Positions 8,557 to 20,270 of a DNA stretch of 37,044 nt are shown here, one piece after another. The translations under genes were made by a program, and so were the position numbers. How positions within the stretch are numbered: the first letter of the stretch is position 1; each line of letters opens with the position of its first letter. The DNA is from Anaerolineae bacterium (GTDB taxonomy: Bacteria; Chloroflexota; Anaerolineae; J036; Brachytrichaceae), in assembly GCA_046594095.1 (NCBI GenBank), contig JBKJQK010000042.1, forward strand, positions 1 to 37,044, written 5' to 3'. The notes beneath the pieces are model-generated. The model saw nothing but the letters and a program-made list of their open reading frames with translations, was not told the DNA's origin and did not search any database.

Positions 8557-8934
8557 ATGAGCAAAACAATCGTCCATACCGATCAAGCTCCGAAATCGCC
8601 CGCCTACAGCCAGGCCGTGCGGGCCGGCGGGCTTGTCTTCGTGTCCGGGCAGGGACCGTTTGATCCCGTGACCGGCGAGGTGGTGGGCTTCACCATTCAG
8701 GAGCAGACGGCCCAGTGTTTGCGCAATATCGAGGCAATTCTTCGCGAGGCGCGGAGCTCGCTTGCCCAGGCGGTCAGCGCGACCTTCATCCTGGCCGAGG
8801 AGGACGACTTTCCGGGCTTCAACGAAGAGTGGCTGAAGTGGTTTCCCGCGAATCCTCCGGCGCGCCAGGGCGCCAAGCTCCCCATCCGGCCCGGGGAAAT
8901 GAAGATATCGATCGCCATCATTGCGGCGGCGTGA
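8557..8934 (+). CDS. ridA: RidA/YjgF/UK114-family reactive-intermediate deaminase
   Basis: MSKTIVHTDQAPKSPAYSQAVRAGGLVFVSGQGPFDP is collinear with RidA proteins. GAGGAG at 8544-8549 precedes ATG 8557. Confidence 0.85.
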   Translation: MSKTIVHTDQAPKSPAYSQAVRAGGLVFVSGQGPFDPVTGEVVGFTIQEQTAQCLRNIEAILREARSSLAQAVSATFILAEEDDFPGFNEEWLKWFPANPPARQGAKLPIRPGEMKISIAIIAAA

Positions 8935-9002
8935 AAGGAACGTCGCTACAATGACTCGAACGCGCCCGCAGACATCGTGTTGCCTGTCGGCCGGGGGATG
9001 CA

Positions 9003-9347
9003 ATGAGCGATCCGACCTCGACCCGCCCGCAGGCGCTAATCACCGGCGCGTCGTCGGGCATCGGCGCCGTCTTAGCCGAGCGCCTGGCCCGCGACCAATA
9101 TGACCTGGTCCCGGTCGTCCGCCGCCACGATTGGCTCGAGGCGCTCGCCCAGCGCCTCACCCAGGAGCATGCCATTTCGGCTGAGGTGCTGGTCGCAGAC
9201 CTCACCGATACCCAGGCGCTGCGGGCGGTCGAGCATCGCATCGCCGCGCTCGAGGATCTGAGCTTGTTGACCCAGATCAACGAGGGCCAGCGCCAACTGT
9301 TTGAGCGCAGCCGAACCGACGCCGAAGTGGCGCGGCGTGGAAGGTAA
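9003..9347 (+). pseudogene. Truncated short-chain dehydrogenase/reductase (N-terminal Rossmann part only)
   Basis: ALITGASSGIGAVLAERLA (TGxxxGIG cofactor motif) and the following beta-alpha units are present. Similarity stops near LEDLSLL (about residue 88) and the ORF ends at 114 aa. The NNAG, catalytic S and YxxxK segments of a ~250-aa SDR are absent. Confidence 0.55.
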
Positions 9348-9389
9348 CCCATCACCCAGTCAAGACCAATCATCCTCCCCACTGGCACC

Positions 9390-12137
9390 GTGACCTTCCT
9401 GTTCACCGACATCGAGGGCAGCACCCGGCTGTGGGAGCAATACTCCGGCCCGATGAAGGCGGCGGTCGCACGGCATGATGAGTTGCTTCACAACGTTGTT
9501 CTTGAGCATGCCGGACGGGTGATCAAGACAACTGGCGACGGCCTGCACGCCGTATTCATCCAGGCATCCGATGGTATGGCCGCAACCCTGGATGCGCAAC
9601 GAGCCCTTGCGGGCGAAGCCTGGCCCGGCTTGCCGAGTCCTTTGCGGGTGCGGATGGGCCTCCGCACGGGCGAGGCTGAGTTGCGCGAGGGTGACTACTA
9701 CGGCACGACCGTCAACCGGGCCGCCCGGCTGATGTCGATCGCGGCCGGCGGGCAGATCCTGCTCTCGGCCACAACGGCCGAGCTCGCCCGCGAGCAACTG
9801 CCCGAAGGCGCGAGCCTGCGCGACCTGGGCGAACACCGGCTCAAGGATCTGGCCCAACCCGAACAGGTCTTCCAGCTCACGGGATCGGGCCTGCCCGCTG
9901 ATTTTCCGCCGCTCAAGTCGCTGGACGCGTTCCCCAACAACCTGCCGGTTCAGCTCACCAGTTTCGTCGGGCGCGAGCGCGAAGTCGCCGAGGTCAAACG
10001 CTTGCTGGCCACCACCCGGTTGTTGACGCTGACCGGTCCCGGCGGGACGGGCAAGACCCGCCTCTCGCTGCACGCATCGGCGGAGGCGCTGGAGTCGTTC
10101 GCGGGCGGAATCTGGCTGATCGAACTTGCCCCGCTGGCGGACCCGGCCCTCATCGCCCAGGCGGCCGCGGTCGCGCTGGGGGTGCGCGAGGGTGGCGGAC
10201 GCACACTGCTCGAAGCGTTGATCGACTACCTTCGCCGGAAACAGATCCTGCTCATCCTTGACAACTGCGAGCATCTGGTCGAAGCGTGTTCGCGCTTTGT
10301 CGAAGCGCTGTTGCGCGCCTGCCTGAAGCTCAAGGTCCTGGCCAGCAGCCGCGAGGCGCTGGGGATCGCGGGGGAGACCGCCTTCCGGGTTCCCTCCCTG
10401 GCCCTGCCCGAGGCCGACTGCGCCATGCCTGATGCGCTGGCCCGGTCGGAGTCAGTCCAACTGTTCGTCGAGCGCGCCCAGGCGCACTTGAACGGGTTCG
10501 CGGTAACCGAGGCCAATGCGGGCGCCATCGCCCAGATCTGCCGGCGCCTCGACGGGATCCCGCTCGCGCTCGAGCTGGCCGCGGCGCGGGTCAAGTTACT
10601 CAAGCCCGAGCAGATTGCGGCCCGGCTGGATGACCGCTTCCGGCTGCTGACGGGCGGAAGCCGCACTGCTCTGCCGCGCCAGCAAACCCTGCGGGCGATG
10701 ATGGACTGGAGCTGGGAGCTGCTCCCCGAACCGGAGCGCGTGTTTCTACGACGGCTGTCGGTCTTTGCGGGAGGCTGGACGTTGGAGGCGGCCGAGGCGG
10801 TCGCCGCCGACGCAAGCGCCGGGGTCGACGCGCTCGATCTGCTGGGCCAACTGGTCAACAAATCGCTGGTCACAATGGAAGCCGACCAGTCTTCCACCGC
10901 GCGGTATCGCCTGCTGGAGACCATCCGCCAGTACTCCCGCGACAAACTGTTCGAAGCCGGCGCGGACGAAGGCAGCGGGGCACGCAATCGGCATCTCAGT
11001 TTCTATCTTGCGTTCGCCGAGGAGGCCGCCCCCAAACTGACCGGCCCGGAAATGATCGATATCTTGGACAAACTGGGGGCGGAGCAGGATAACTTTCGGG
11101 CGGCGCTGGTGTGGTCTTTGAGTGCAGATCCACTCGCGGCCCTGCGCATGACGGCGGCTCTGACCGGCTTTCGGGGCAGCCGCTTGTCGGTCACAGAAGC
11201 CTATGCGCTGACCCAGTTGGCGCTGACGGCGACGGAAGCCCGGCACTGGGAGGGTGAGGCAGCCAAGACCTATCTGGCGGCCAAAGCCTGGACTGTGATC
11301 GTCGCTGCTTCCATGCTTATGGCGATGGGAGAGAATCAGAAGGCCATGTTCATGATCGAGGGCGGAATCGCTCTGGCGCGCCAGATCGGCGCCAGCCGGA
11401 CGCTGGCGATGGGTTTGGGGATCGGGGCAACCATCACGGGGTTTCTCGGCAAATTGGACCTGGCCGGCGCCTGGGCAGAGGAATCGAATACACTGGCTCT
11501 CCAGGACGGCGATGCGTATGCACTGACGATGATGGCCGGCGTGCGAGGATTTTTGGCACTCGTCGCCAATCAGCGTGTGGATGCGCATGAAATGGAAGAG
11601 ATCATTCGGCTCGCCCGCGCGTCGGGCAACCCGCAGGCGATGGCGATGGCTTACAGAAATGTCGGCCGGCTCACGGCATTGGGAGGGAATCTCGCCGAAG
11701 CGTTCCTTTTCCATGAGAAGTCCGGGCAGCTCTTTCTGAGGGTGCGCGACAGATCCTCCTACAACTCATGCCGGAGCGAGATGGGGCATATTCTGCGCTG
11801 GCAGGGGCGGAATACCGAGGCCGCCGTCCGGTATAGCGAGACGATCCGGGTCTGGTCCGAATTGGGGCAGCGGGCGGCCGTCGCGCGAGAACTGGAAAGC
11901 TTTGCCCTGATCGCCGTCGCGCAAGGTCAGAGCGAGCGGGCAGGCCGGCTCTTTGGCGCGGCGGAGGCGCTCCGGGGCGCCAATGGCTCGCCCATGTTGC
12001 CCTCGGAACGACGCGAATACGACGAGGGTTTGGCGCGTCTGCGCGGGCAGATGGACGAGGCGGCCCTCACCCTTGCGTGGGCGGCGGGCCGGGCAATGGA
12101 CATGGATCAGGCGATTGACTTCGCCGCGCCGCGGTAG
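9390..12137 (+). CDS. Class III adenylate/guanylate cyclase domain - STAND-type P-loop NTPase - TPR-like helical repeat protein (915 aa)
   Basis: Cyclase motifs FLFTDIEGST, IKTTGDGLHAVF, GTTVNRAARL. Walker A LTGPGGTGKTRL, Walker B ILLILDNCEHL. The C-terminal ~350 aa are Ala/Leu-rich repeats. GTG start. Confidence 0.85.
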   Translation: MTFLFTDIEGSTRLWEQYSGPMKAAVARHDELLHNVVLEHAGRVIKTTGDGLHAVFIQASDGMAATLDAQRALAGEAWPGLPSPLRVRMGLRTGEAELREGDYYGTTVNRAARLMSIAAGGQILLSATTAELAREQLPEGASLRDLGEHRLKDLAQPEQVFQLTGSGLPADFPPLKSLDAFPNNLPVQLTSFVGREREVAEVKRLLATTRLLTLTGPGGTGKTRLSLHASAEALESFAGGIWLIELAPLADPALIAQAAAVALGVREGGGRTLLEALIDYLRRKQILLILDNCEHLVEACSRFVEALLRACLKLKVLASSREALGIAGETAFRVPSLALPEADCAMPDALARSESVQLFVERAQAHLNGFAVTEANAGAIAQICRRLDGIPLALELAAARVKLLKPEQIAARLDDRFRLLTGGSRTALPRQQTLRAMMDWSWELLPEPERVFLRRLSVFAGGWTLEAAEAVAADASAGVDALDLLGQLVNKSLVTMEADQSSTARYRLLETIRQYSRDKLFEAGADEGSGARNRHLSFYLAFAEEAAPKLTGPEMIDILDKLGAEQDNFRAALVWSLSADPLAALRMTAALTGFRGSRLSVTEAYALTQLALTATEARHWEGEAAKTYLAAKAWTVIVAASMLMAMGENQKAMFMIEGGIALARQIGASRTLAMGLGIGATITGFLGKLDLAGAWAEESNTLALQDGDAYALTMMAGVRGFLALVANQRVDAHEMEEIIRLARASGNPQAMAMAYRNVGRLTALGGNLAEAFLFHEKSGQLFLRVRDRSSYNSCRSEMGHILRWQGRNTEAAVRYSETIRVWSELGQRAAVARELESFALIAVAQGQSERAGRLFGAAEALRGANGSPMLPSERREYDEGLARLRGQMDEAALTLAWAAGRAMDMDQAIDFAAPR

Positions 12138-12171
12138 GCTCCCAGGAAGGCACGGGCGGTATCGGCGGCAG

Positions 12172-13314
12172 TCAATTCAACGCTTTCTCGTAGATGCGGT
12201 GCTTCTTATAGATCTTCCCGCCCATGTTCACCGCGTCATCGAGGGTGAGGACGTCCTCCTCGATCTGGACGATGTCGGCGTGCTCGAAGCGCCCGTCGCT
12301 GATCGTCTTGAACATCTCGGAGTACAGGACCGCGTTCACGCCCAGCCCGCGATACGGGGCCAGGATTCCGGCCCCCATCAGATTCAGCCAGCGGGTGCGT
12401 TTGAACTCGCGCAGGATCCAGAACCAGCCAAAGGGCAGCAGCCTGCCCTTCGCGCGCTGAATGCCCTCGCTCAGATCGGGGAAACCAAACAGGAAGCCGG
12501 CGATGGCATCGCCCTTCATCACCAGCTTGATCATCTTCGGCTCGCCCACCTGCATCAGTCGGTCGCCGATGACCTTGGCCTCGGCGTCCGTCACCGGGTT
12601 GAATTCCCAGTTGCGCTCGAACGTATCGTTGTAGAGCTTGACAATCCGGGGGATCCATTCGCGCAGCTCGGCCTTGGTCTCAAACGACTTGATCGTGAAC
12701 CCGCGCCGGGCCTTCATCCGCTCGGCGATCTCGAACACGCGCGGCGGCAGCTTTGGGCTGCCCGGCAGATACAGTGACATGAAATCGCGCTGGCGGGTGT
12801 AGCCGGCGCCCTCGATCAGCCCGCCGTAGTAGGCGTGGTTGTAGGGGATGCCGATGGCGGGGTGATGCTCGAAGCCCTCGACCAGCACGCCCAGCCCATC
12901 GCCCTGCAGAAAGCCCTTCGAGCCGACGACCTTATCCAGCCCGCGCGTCTTCGCCCAGGCCTCGGCGGCGCCAAACAAACCGCGGGCAGCCTCGGCGTCA
13001 TCCTCACCGTCGAACAGGTAGAAATTGGCCGTGTTGCACTTCCAGTGGGCGTTGTAGTGCTTGTTCTCCAGGACCGCGATCTGGCCGACGACCCGGCCGC
13101 CCCGCTCGGCGGAGAAGAAGGCCGCGTCGCTGTGGGCGTAGAACGGCGACTTCTTCCGGTTGAGCATCAGGCGGGTGTCATTGACGATGGGCGGCACCCA
13201 CTGCGGGCAATCCCGATACAGGCGGAAGGGCAGATCGACAAAGCGATCAACGGCGCGCCGGTCGGTGGTGTCGACCTCGGAAATCGTGAGGGTCATGGGC
13301 GCGTATTGTGGCAC
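12172..13314 (-). CDS. GNAT-fold acyl-CoA N-acyltransferase-like protein (380 aa)
   Basis: Acetyl-CoA-binding-type motif YRGLGVNAVLYSEM. N-terminal ...VDLPFRLYRDCPQWVPP... is typical of a ~380-aa GNAT-related family. Substrate unknown. Confidence 0.7.
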   Translation of the reverse strand: MPQYAPMTLTISEVDTTDRRAVDRFVDLPFRLYRDCPQWVPPIVNDTRLMLNRKKSPFYAHSDAAFFSAERGGRVVGQIAVLENKHYNAHWKCNTANFYLFDGEDDAEAARGLFGAAEAWAKTRGLDKVVGSKGFLQGDGLGVLVEGFEHHPAIGIPYNHAYYGGLIEGAGYTRQRDFMSLYLPGSPKLPPRVFEIAERMKARRGFTIKSFETKAELREWIPRIVKLYNDTFERNWEFNPVTDAEAKVIGDRLMQVGEPKMIKLVMKGDAIAGFLFGFPDLSEGIQRAKGRLLPFGWFWILREFKRTRWLNLMGAGILAPYRGLGVNAVLYSEMFKTISDGRFEHADIVQIEEDVLTLDDAVNMGGKIYKKHRIYEKALN

Positions 13315-13348
13315 GACGGAGGACGGTGTTCCGGTTGCGTTCCCGGAC

Positions 13349-15532
13349 CTACGCCTTCTTCAACCCGCTCAGCGCGGCGCTGAGGCGCTTGCCGCCGTGG
13401 CCCTCAAAAAAAACCTCGACCTCTTCGTCGTCGCGCATCCGGGTGCTGCGCAGCACGATCCCGCCCCCGAACTTGGTGTGCTTGACCCGATCCCCGGGCT
13501 TGAACTGGGTGCCGGTGTTTGTGGGCCGGGTGGTCTCAGCCGGGCGGGCGCCGGGTGTGGCAGGAGTACCTGAGTCCCAGCGGGTCGGGTTGCCAGCCCA
13601 GGTCGTCGTCTCGGCCTTCAGGTCCGAGCCGGTCTTGCGCTTGCCATCCACCAGCGCCTCGGGCAGATCGCGCAGAAAGCGCGAGGGCTCGGCCGCGTCG
13701 CTCTGCCCATACAGCGAGCGTCGGAACGCGCGCAGCAGATACAGCCGCTCCTTGGCCCGGGTGATGCCGACGTAAAACAGGCGGCGCTCTTCGGCCATGT
13801 CCTCGGGAGCCTCGAAGGTGCGGCTGTGCGGGAGGATGCCATCCTCCAGCCCGGTGATGAAGACCGCCTTGTACTCGAGGCCCTTGGCCGCGTGCAGGGT
13901 GAGCAGGGTCGGCGCATTGGGGCTCTCCTCCACGTTGTCGGTCTCGCTCACCAGCGCGACGTCGTTGAGAAAGTCCTGGAGCGGCGTATCGCCGGCCTCG
14001 GCCGCCACGTTGCGCAATTCGGCCACGTTCGCCCAACGGTCCTCGCCCTCATCCGTGCCGTCCCGCATCCAGTCGCGGTACCCGCTGGTCTTCATGATCT
14101 GGTCGAAAAGCTGGGCGACGTTCAGCTCGTCCTTGAGCGCCCGCCAGGTCTTCCACATCGCTCCGAAATCGGCCAGGGCTTTGACCGCCCGGCCTTCCAG
14201 GTTGCCCTGGGTGAGGACCTCGAAGACGGGCAGACTGTTGGACCGGGCGTATTCCTCGAACGTGGCCACGCTCTTGTCGCCGATGCCGCGGGCTGGCACG
14301 TTGATGATCCGGCGCAGGCTTATCGAATCGGCCGGGTTATTGACGATCCGCAGATAGGCCATGGCGTCTTTGATCTCCTTGCGGGCGTAAAAGCGCGTCG
14401 CGCCCACCAGCCGGTAAGGGACGCCGGCCCGGACAAAGGCGTCTTCAATCGCCCGGCTCTGGGCGTTGGTCCGATACATCACCGCCACCTCGCCCGGCTC
14501 GGCCGCCTTCAGGCGCGACAGCTCGGCGATTGTGTCCACCACATACTGGGCCTCTTCCTCGGCGTTGTAGAGCTCGCGCTGGACGATCTTCGGCCCGGCG
14601 CCCTTTTCGGTGAAGAGGTTGATGTGCCGCCGGTTCGGGTTGCGCTTGATGACGGCCATGGCCGCGTCCAGAATCGTCTGCGAGCTGCGGTAGTTCTGGT
14701 CCAGCGGAATGACCGTCAGATCGGGAAAGTCTTTCTCGAGCCGCTGGGCGTTGCGGTGATCGGCCCCGCGCCACTTGTAGATCGACTGGTCGGGATCGCC
14801 CACGCAAAACAGGTTGGGGTGTTTGGCCGAGATCAGGCGCAGCATCTCGTACTGGGCGATGTTGGTATCCTGAAACTCGTCAACCAGGGTGTGCAGGGTC
14901 TTTTCCTGCAGGCGCTCGCGCGCGGGAGCGGCCTCGCGCAATAAACGCACGGTCTCCATCAGCAGATCGTCGAAGTCCAGGGCATTGTTGGCCCGCAGGA
15001 TGGCGTTATAGCGCTCGTAGACGCGCTGGGCGATCTCGTTGATATACGTGTCCGGCGCGAACAGCTCGGGCGTCACCAGCTCATTCTTGAGGTTGCTGAT
15101 GATGCCGTGGACGGTCGAGGGTTTGATCCGCTTCTCGTCGAGGTTGAGCTCCTTGAAGGCGGCCTTGATCACCCCGAGCTGGTCGTCCGAATCGAAGATC
15201 GCGAAGTTGCGGTCGATGCCGATCAGCGGTCCGTCGCGGCGGAGCATCCGCGCGCACAGGCTGTGGAAGGTGCCCATCGCCACTTCTCGGGCGGGCTCGC
15301 CGATGGCGCGCTCAAGCCTGTCGCGCATCTCGCGCGCGGCCTTGTTGGTGAACGTCACTGCCATGATCCTGTAGGCGAAGACGTTCCGGGCGCTGATCAG
15401 ATACGCGATCCGGCTGGTCAGCACCCGGGTCTTGCCGCTGCCCGGCCCGGCGATGATGAGGTGCGGGCCGTCCTTCGCCTCGACGGCGCGGCGCTGGTTG
15501 GTATTGAGCTTGTCGAGCAGGGCTTGTGTCAT
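13349..15532 (-). CDS. pcrA: ATP-dependent DNA helicase PcrA/UvrD (SF1)
   Basis: Motifs LNTNQRRAV, AGPGSGKTRVLT (Walker A), TFTNKAAREM, LVDEFQDTN, LDQNYRS, TLHAAKGLEY, LFYVGITRAK. C-terminal FKPGDRVKHTKFGGGIV tail. Confidence 0.9.
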   Translation of the reverse strand: MTQALLDKLNTNQRRAVEAKDGPHLIIAGPGSGKTRVLTSRIAYLISARNVFAYRIMAVTFTNKAAREMRDRLERAIGEPAREVAMGTFHSLCARMLRRDGPLIGIDRNFAIFDSDDQLGVIKAAFKELNLDEKRIKPSTVHGIISNLKNELVTPELFAPDTYINEIAQRVYERYNAILRANNALDFDDLLMETVRLLREAAPARERLQEKTLHTLVDEFQDTNIAQYEMLRLISAKHPNLFCVGDPDQSIYKWRGADHRNAQRLEKDFPDLTVIPLDQNYRSSQTILDAAMAVIKRNPNRRHINLFTEKGAGPKIVQRELYNAEEEAQYVVDTIAELSRLKAAEPGEVAVMYRTNAQSRAIEDAFVRAGVPYRLVGATRFYARKEIKDAMAYLRIVNNPADSISLRRIINVPARGIGDKSVATFEEYARSNSLPVFEVLTQGNLEGRAVKALADFGAMWKTWRALKDELNVAQLFDQIMKTSGYRDWMRDGTDEGEDRWANVAELRNVAAEAGDTPLQDFLNDVALVSETDNVEESPNAPTLLTLHAAKGLEYKAVFITGLEDGILPHSRTFEAPEDMAEERRLFYVGITRAKERLYLLRAFRRSLYGQSDAAEPSRFLRDLPEALVDGKRKTGSDLKAETTTWAGNPTRWDSGTPATPGARPAETTRPTNTGTQFKPGDRVKHTKFGGGIVLRSTRMRDDEEVEVFFEGHGGKRLSAALSGLKKA

Positions 15533-15537
15533 GCCGG

Positions 15538-16500
15538 TCAGGGGATCAGAACCACCTTTCCGGTGGTGGCGCGGCCGGCCAGCGCGGCCTGGGCGGCTCC
15601 GGCCTCGGCCAGGGGGTATTGCCGGTCAATCCGGACGCTGAGCTTGCCGGCCGCCATCCAGCCGAACAGGTCGCCGGTCCGGGAGAGCAGTTCCTCGCGG
15701 GTTTGCAGGTAGTGGCCGAGCGTGGGGCGGGTGAGATACAGCGAGCCTTTGCTCATCAGGGTGAGCGGATCGAGCGGGTCGACCGTGCCGCTGGCGTGGC
15801 CAAACAGGGCCAGCACGCCCCGCGGGCGGAGGCAGTTCAGGCTGCGTTCGAACGTGTCGCGGCCAACCGAGTCGTAGACCACGTCGACGCCCTTTCCGCC
15901 GGTCAGGCGACGGACCGCGGTGTCGAAGTCCTCATAGGGCAGGACGTGCTCGGCGCCGGCCGCGGTCGCCAGGGCGCGTTTGGCCTCGCTCGAGGCCGTG
16001 GCGATGACGCGCGCGCCGCGCAGCCGGGCGATCTGGACCAGCAGATTGCCGGTCCCGCCCGCGGCCGCGTGGATGAGGCAGGTGTTCCCCGGCTGCAGGG
16101 CGAAGGTGTCGCTGGCCAGGTAGTGGGCGGTGCAGCCCTGGAGCATGACCGCCGCGGCCTGGGTCGTCGCCACGCCGGCGGGGACCCGGACAAGCTTGTC
16201 GGCCGGGACGATGGCGTACTCGGCATACGCACCGCCGACAAAGGCGTAGGCGACCGGGTCACCGGGCTTGAGTTCGGTCACGCCTTCACCGAACCCGTCG
16301 ACCGTGCCGGCGGCCTCCTGGCCGGGGGTGAAGGGCAGGGCGACCTTGTAAACGCCCATCCGGTGGTAGATGTCGATGAAGTTGACCCCGATGGCCTCGA
16401 GCTTGACTCGGACCTGGCCGGGTCCGGGCTCGGGCAGCGGGACCTCATCGATTCGGAAGACCTCAGGTCCGCCATGCTCGTGGAAGCGGATTGCCTTCAT
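15538..16500 (-). CDS. qor: NADPH:quinone oxidoreductase (zinc-independent MDR family)
   Basis: [15 protein letters not shown]...[22 protein letters not shown]... and the AAGGTG nucleotide-binding motif are typical of Qor/zeta-crystallin proteins. Confidence 0.8.
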   Translation of the reverse strand: MKAIRFHEHGGPEVFRIDEVPLPEPGPGQVRVKLEAIGVNFIDIYHRMGVYKVALPFTPGQEAAGTVDGFGEGVTELKPGDPVAYAFVGGAYAEYAIVPADKLVRVPAGVATTQAAAVMLQGCTAHYLASDTFALQPGNTCLIHAAAGGTGNLLVQIARLRGARVIATASSEAKRALATAAGAEHVLPYEDFDTAVRRLTGGKGVDVVYDSVGRDTFERSLNCLRPRGVLALFGHASGTVDPLDPLTLMSKGSLYLTRPTLGHYLQTREELLSRTGDLFGWMAAGKLSVRIDRQYPLAEAGAAQAALAGRATTGKVVLIP

Positions 16501-16503
16501 GGG

Positions 16504-17451
16504 TTACTCCCCCTGCAACTGGCTGATCTCGGCCGGGGTAAGGGCGAGGGTTGCCGCGGCCAGGATGTCGTTGAGTTGGACGAGCGAGGTCGCTGACGCA
16601 ATTGGGGCGGTGATCGACGGGCGGGCGACCAGCCAGGCCAGCGCAACTGTGGCAGGTGACGCGCCGCGGGCCTGGGAGACCGCCTGGACGCGCCCAAGGG
16701 TCTGCCAGGCATGGTCGTCGGCCATATAGCGTGTCCGCACACCGCCGGCCCGCTTTGTTTCGGGCAGCTCACCCTCGCGGGCGTATTTTCCGGTCAAAAA
16801 GCCGCTGGCCAGCGACGAGTAGGGGATCACCCCGACGTGCCGCTCGGTGACGATGGGCTCGAGATCGGTCTCGTAGGCGTTGCGGCGGATGAGGTTATAG
16901 AACGGCTGCAGGCACTCGTATCGCGCCAGATGCCGGGCGGCCGAGGTGTCGAGGGCCTCAGTCAGGCGCGCGCCGGTGTAGTTCGAAGCGCCGATCGCGC
17001 GGACCTTGCCCGAGGTGACGAGCTCGTCGTAGACGGCCAGGGTTTCCTCGAGCGGCGTCTCGGGGTCGTCGATGTGAGACTGATACAGGTCGATGTAGTC
17101 GGTCTTGAGGCGACGCAGCGAGTGCTCGACCGACTTGAGGATGCGGCCGGGCGCCAGGCCCTCGCCGCCGTCGCCCATCCTGTTGCCGACCTTGGTGGCG
17201 AGGATGACCTTGTCACGATTGCCGCGGTCGGCCATCCAGTTGCCCAGGATGGTCTCGGATTCGCCCCCGGAGTGGCCGGGCACCCAGGTGGAATACGCGT
17301 CGGCGGTATCGATGAAGTTGCCGCCTCCCGCGAGGAACGCGTCGAGGATGGTGAACGAGGCCGGCTCGCTGACGGTCCATCCGAAGACGTTGCCGCCCAG
17401 ACAGACGGGTGAGACATTCAGGCCGCTGCGGCCAAGGGGTCGGTATTGCAT
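16504..17451 (-). CDS. Aldo/keto reductase
   Basis: MQYRPLGRSGLNVSPVCLGGNVFGW...FIDTADAY...LATKVG...DLYQSH is the AKR signature. Start set at the Met at 17451, because the track ORF start at 17556 would overlap gyrB. Confidence 0.85.
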   Translation of the reverse strand: MQYRPLGRSGLNVSPVCLGGNVFGWTVSEPASFTILDAFLAGGGNFIDTADAYSTWVPGHSGGESETILGNWMADRGNRDKVILATKVGNRMGDGGEGLAPGRILKSVEHSLRRLKTDYIDLYQSHIDDPETPLEETLAVYDELVTSGKVRAIGASNYTGARLTEALDTSAARHLARYECLQPFYNLIRRNAYETDLEPIVTERHVGVIPYSSLASGFLTGKYAREGELPETKRAGGVRTRYMADDHAWQTLGRVQAVSQARGASPATVALAWLVARPSITAPIASATSLVQLNDILAAATLALTPAEISQLQGE

Positions 17452-17470
17452 ACGCCCATTATGGCCGACC

Positions 17471-19471
<2,001 letters not shown>

Positions 19472-19734
19472 TGCCGGGCCTCGCGTTTTGGTCTGTTTTT
19501 CTCGGCTCCAGTCGCACTTCACCCAACCGAAGAAAGGAAAAAGGATGGTATCGGAAGTTGCGGCCGTCGATCTCCCTTCCCTTCCTTCTTGCTTTCTTCG
19601 TAACTGCTCAGCCTACGCGCCCGTATCGGTCGGAAGTCGGGAACGCCGGACGAGCAGATGCTGACCTGGTTGACAGCCGGGCAGGCGGCGGAATATCTGA
19701 AGGAGCAGAAGTCGGGTATTCTTTGCCTATCGAC

Positions 19735-20127
19735 ATGCGGACAAGCACTCAACTAATCCTGATCGCGATCATCGCCCTCTATACCGCTGGCTGCGGCGGC
19801 TCAACGCCGCCGGTCACCGTCAGCGCGCCGCCGACAGCTATCCCCGCCGCCGCAATCACGCGCGGTGAGATTGCCTTTAATGCCACCTGCGCGGCCTGCC
19901 ATGGCGAACGCGGCCGGGGAACCACCACCGGCCCGCCGCTCGTCCACGACTACTACAAGCCCAGCCATCATGCGGACGCGGCTTTTTTGCTCGCGGTCCG
20001 CAACGGCGCCGTCCAGCACCACTGGGGCTTTGGCAAAATGCCCGCTCAACCCCAGGTGACCAACGTCGAGATCGTCGACATCATCGCCTATGTGCGGGCC
20101 ATCCAGCGCGAAGCGGGGATTCGATAG
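19735..20127 (+). CDS. Class I c-type cytochrome, lipoprotein (130 aa)
   Basis: Signal peptide with lipobox MRTSTQLILIAIIALYTAGC. Heme motif CAACH (NATCAACHGERG). Distal Met in FGKMPAQ. Start at ATG 19735 is preferred over the in-frame ATG 19471. Confidence 0.8.
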   Translation: MRTSTQLILIAIIALYTAGCGGSTPPVTVSAPPTAIPAAAITRGEIAFNATCAACHGERGRGTTTGPPLVHDYYKPSHHADAAFLLAVRNGAVQHHWGFGKMPAQPQVTNVEIVDIIAYVRAIQREAGIR

Positions 20128-20160
20128 GGAGATCGTAAACCGAAGCTGGCTCATGCTTAC

Positions 20161-20188
20161 TTCGGTCTTCGGTCTCCCGTCTTCGGTC
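20161..20188. repeat. Four tandem heptamers (TTCGGTC x2, TCCCGTC, TTCGGTC) between the cytochrome c and ATPase genes
   Basis: Read directly from the sequence. An upstream ACCGAAG (20139-20145) is complementary to the first copy (CTTCGGT, 20160-20166), giving a 7-bp stem with a 14-nt loop. Confidence 0.6.
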
Positions 20189-20270
20189 CCTTGAACTATG
20201 ATCCGGTATTCAGAAAAGTCATACAACCCCTCCGATTGAAGCCCGGTCGGACGTCTTCCGCATCACCGGC

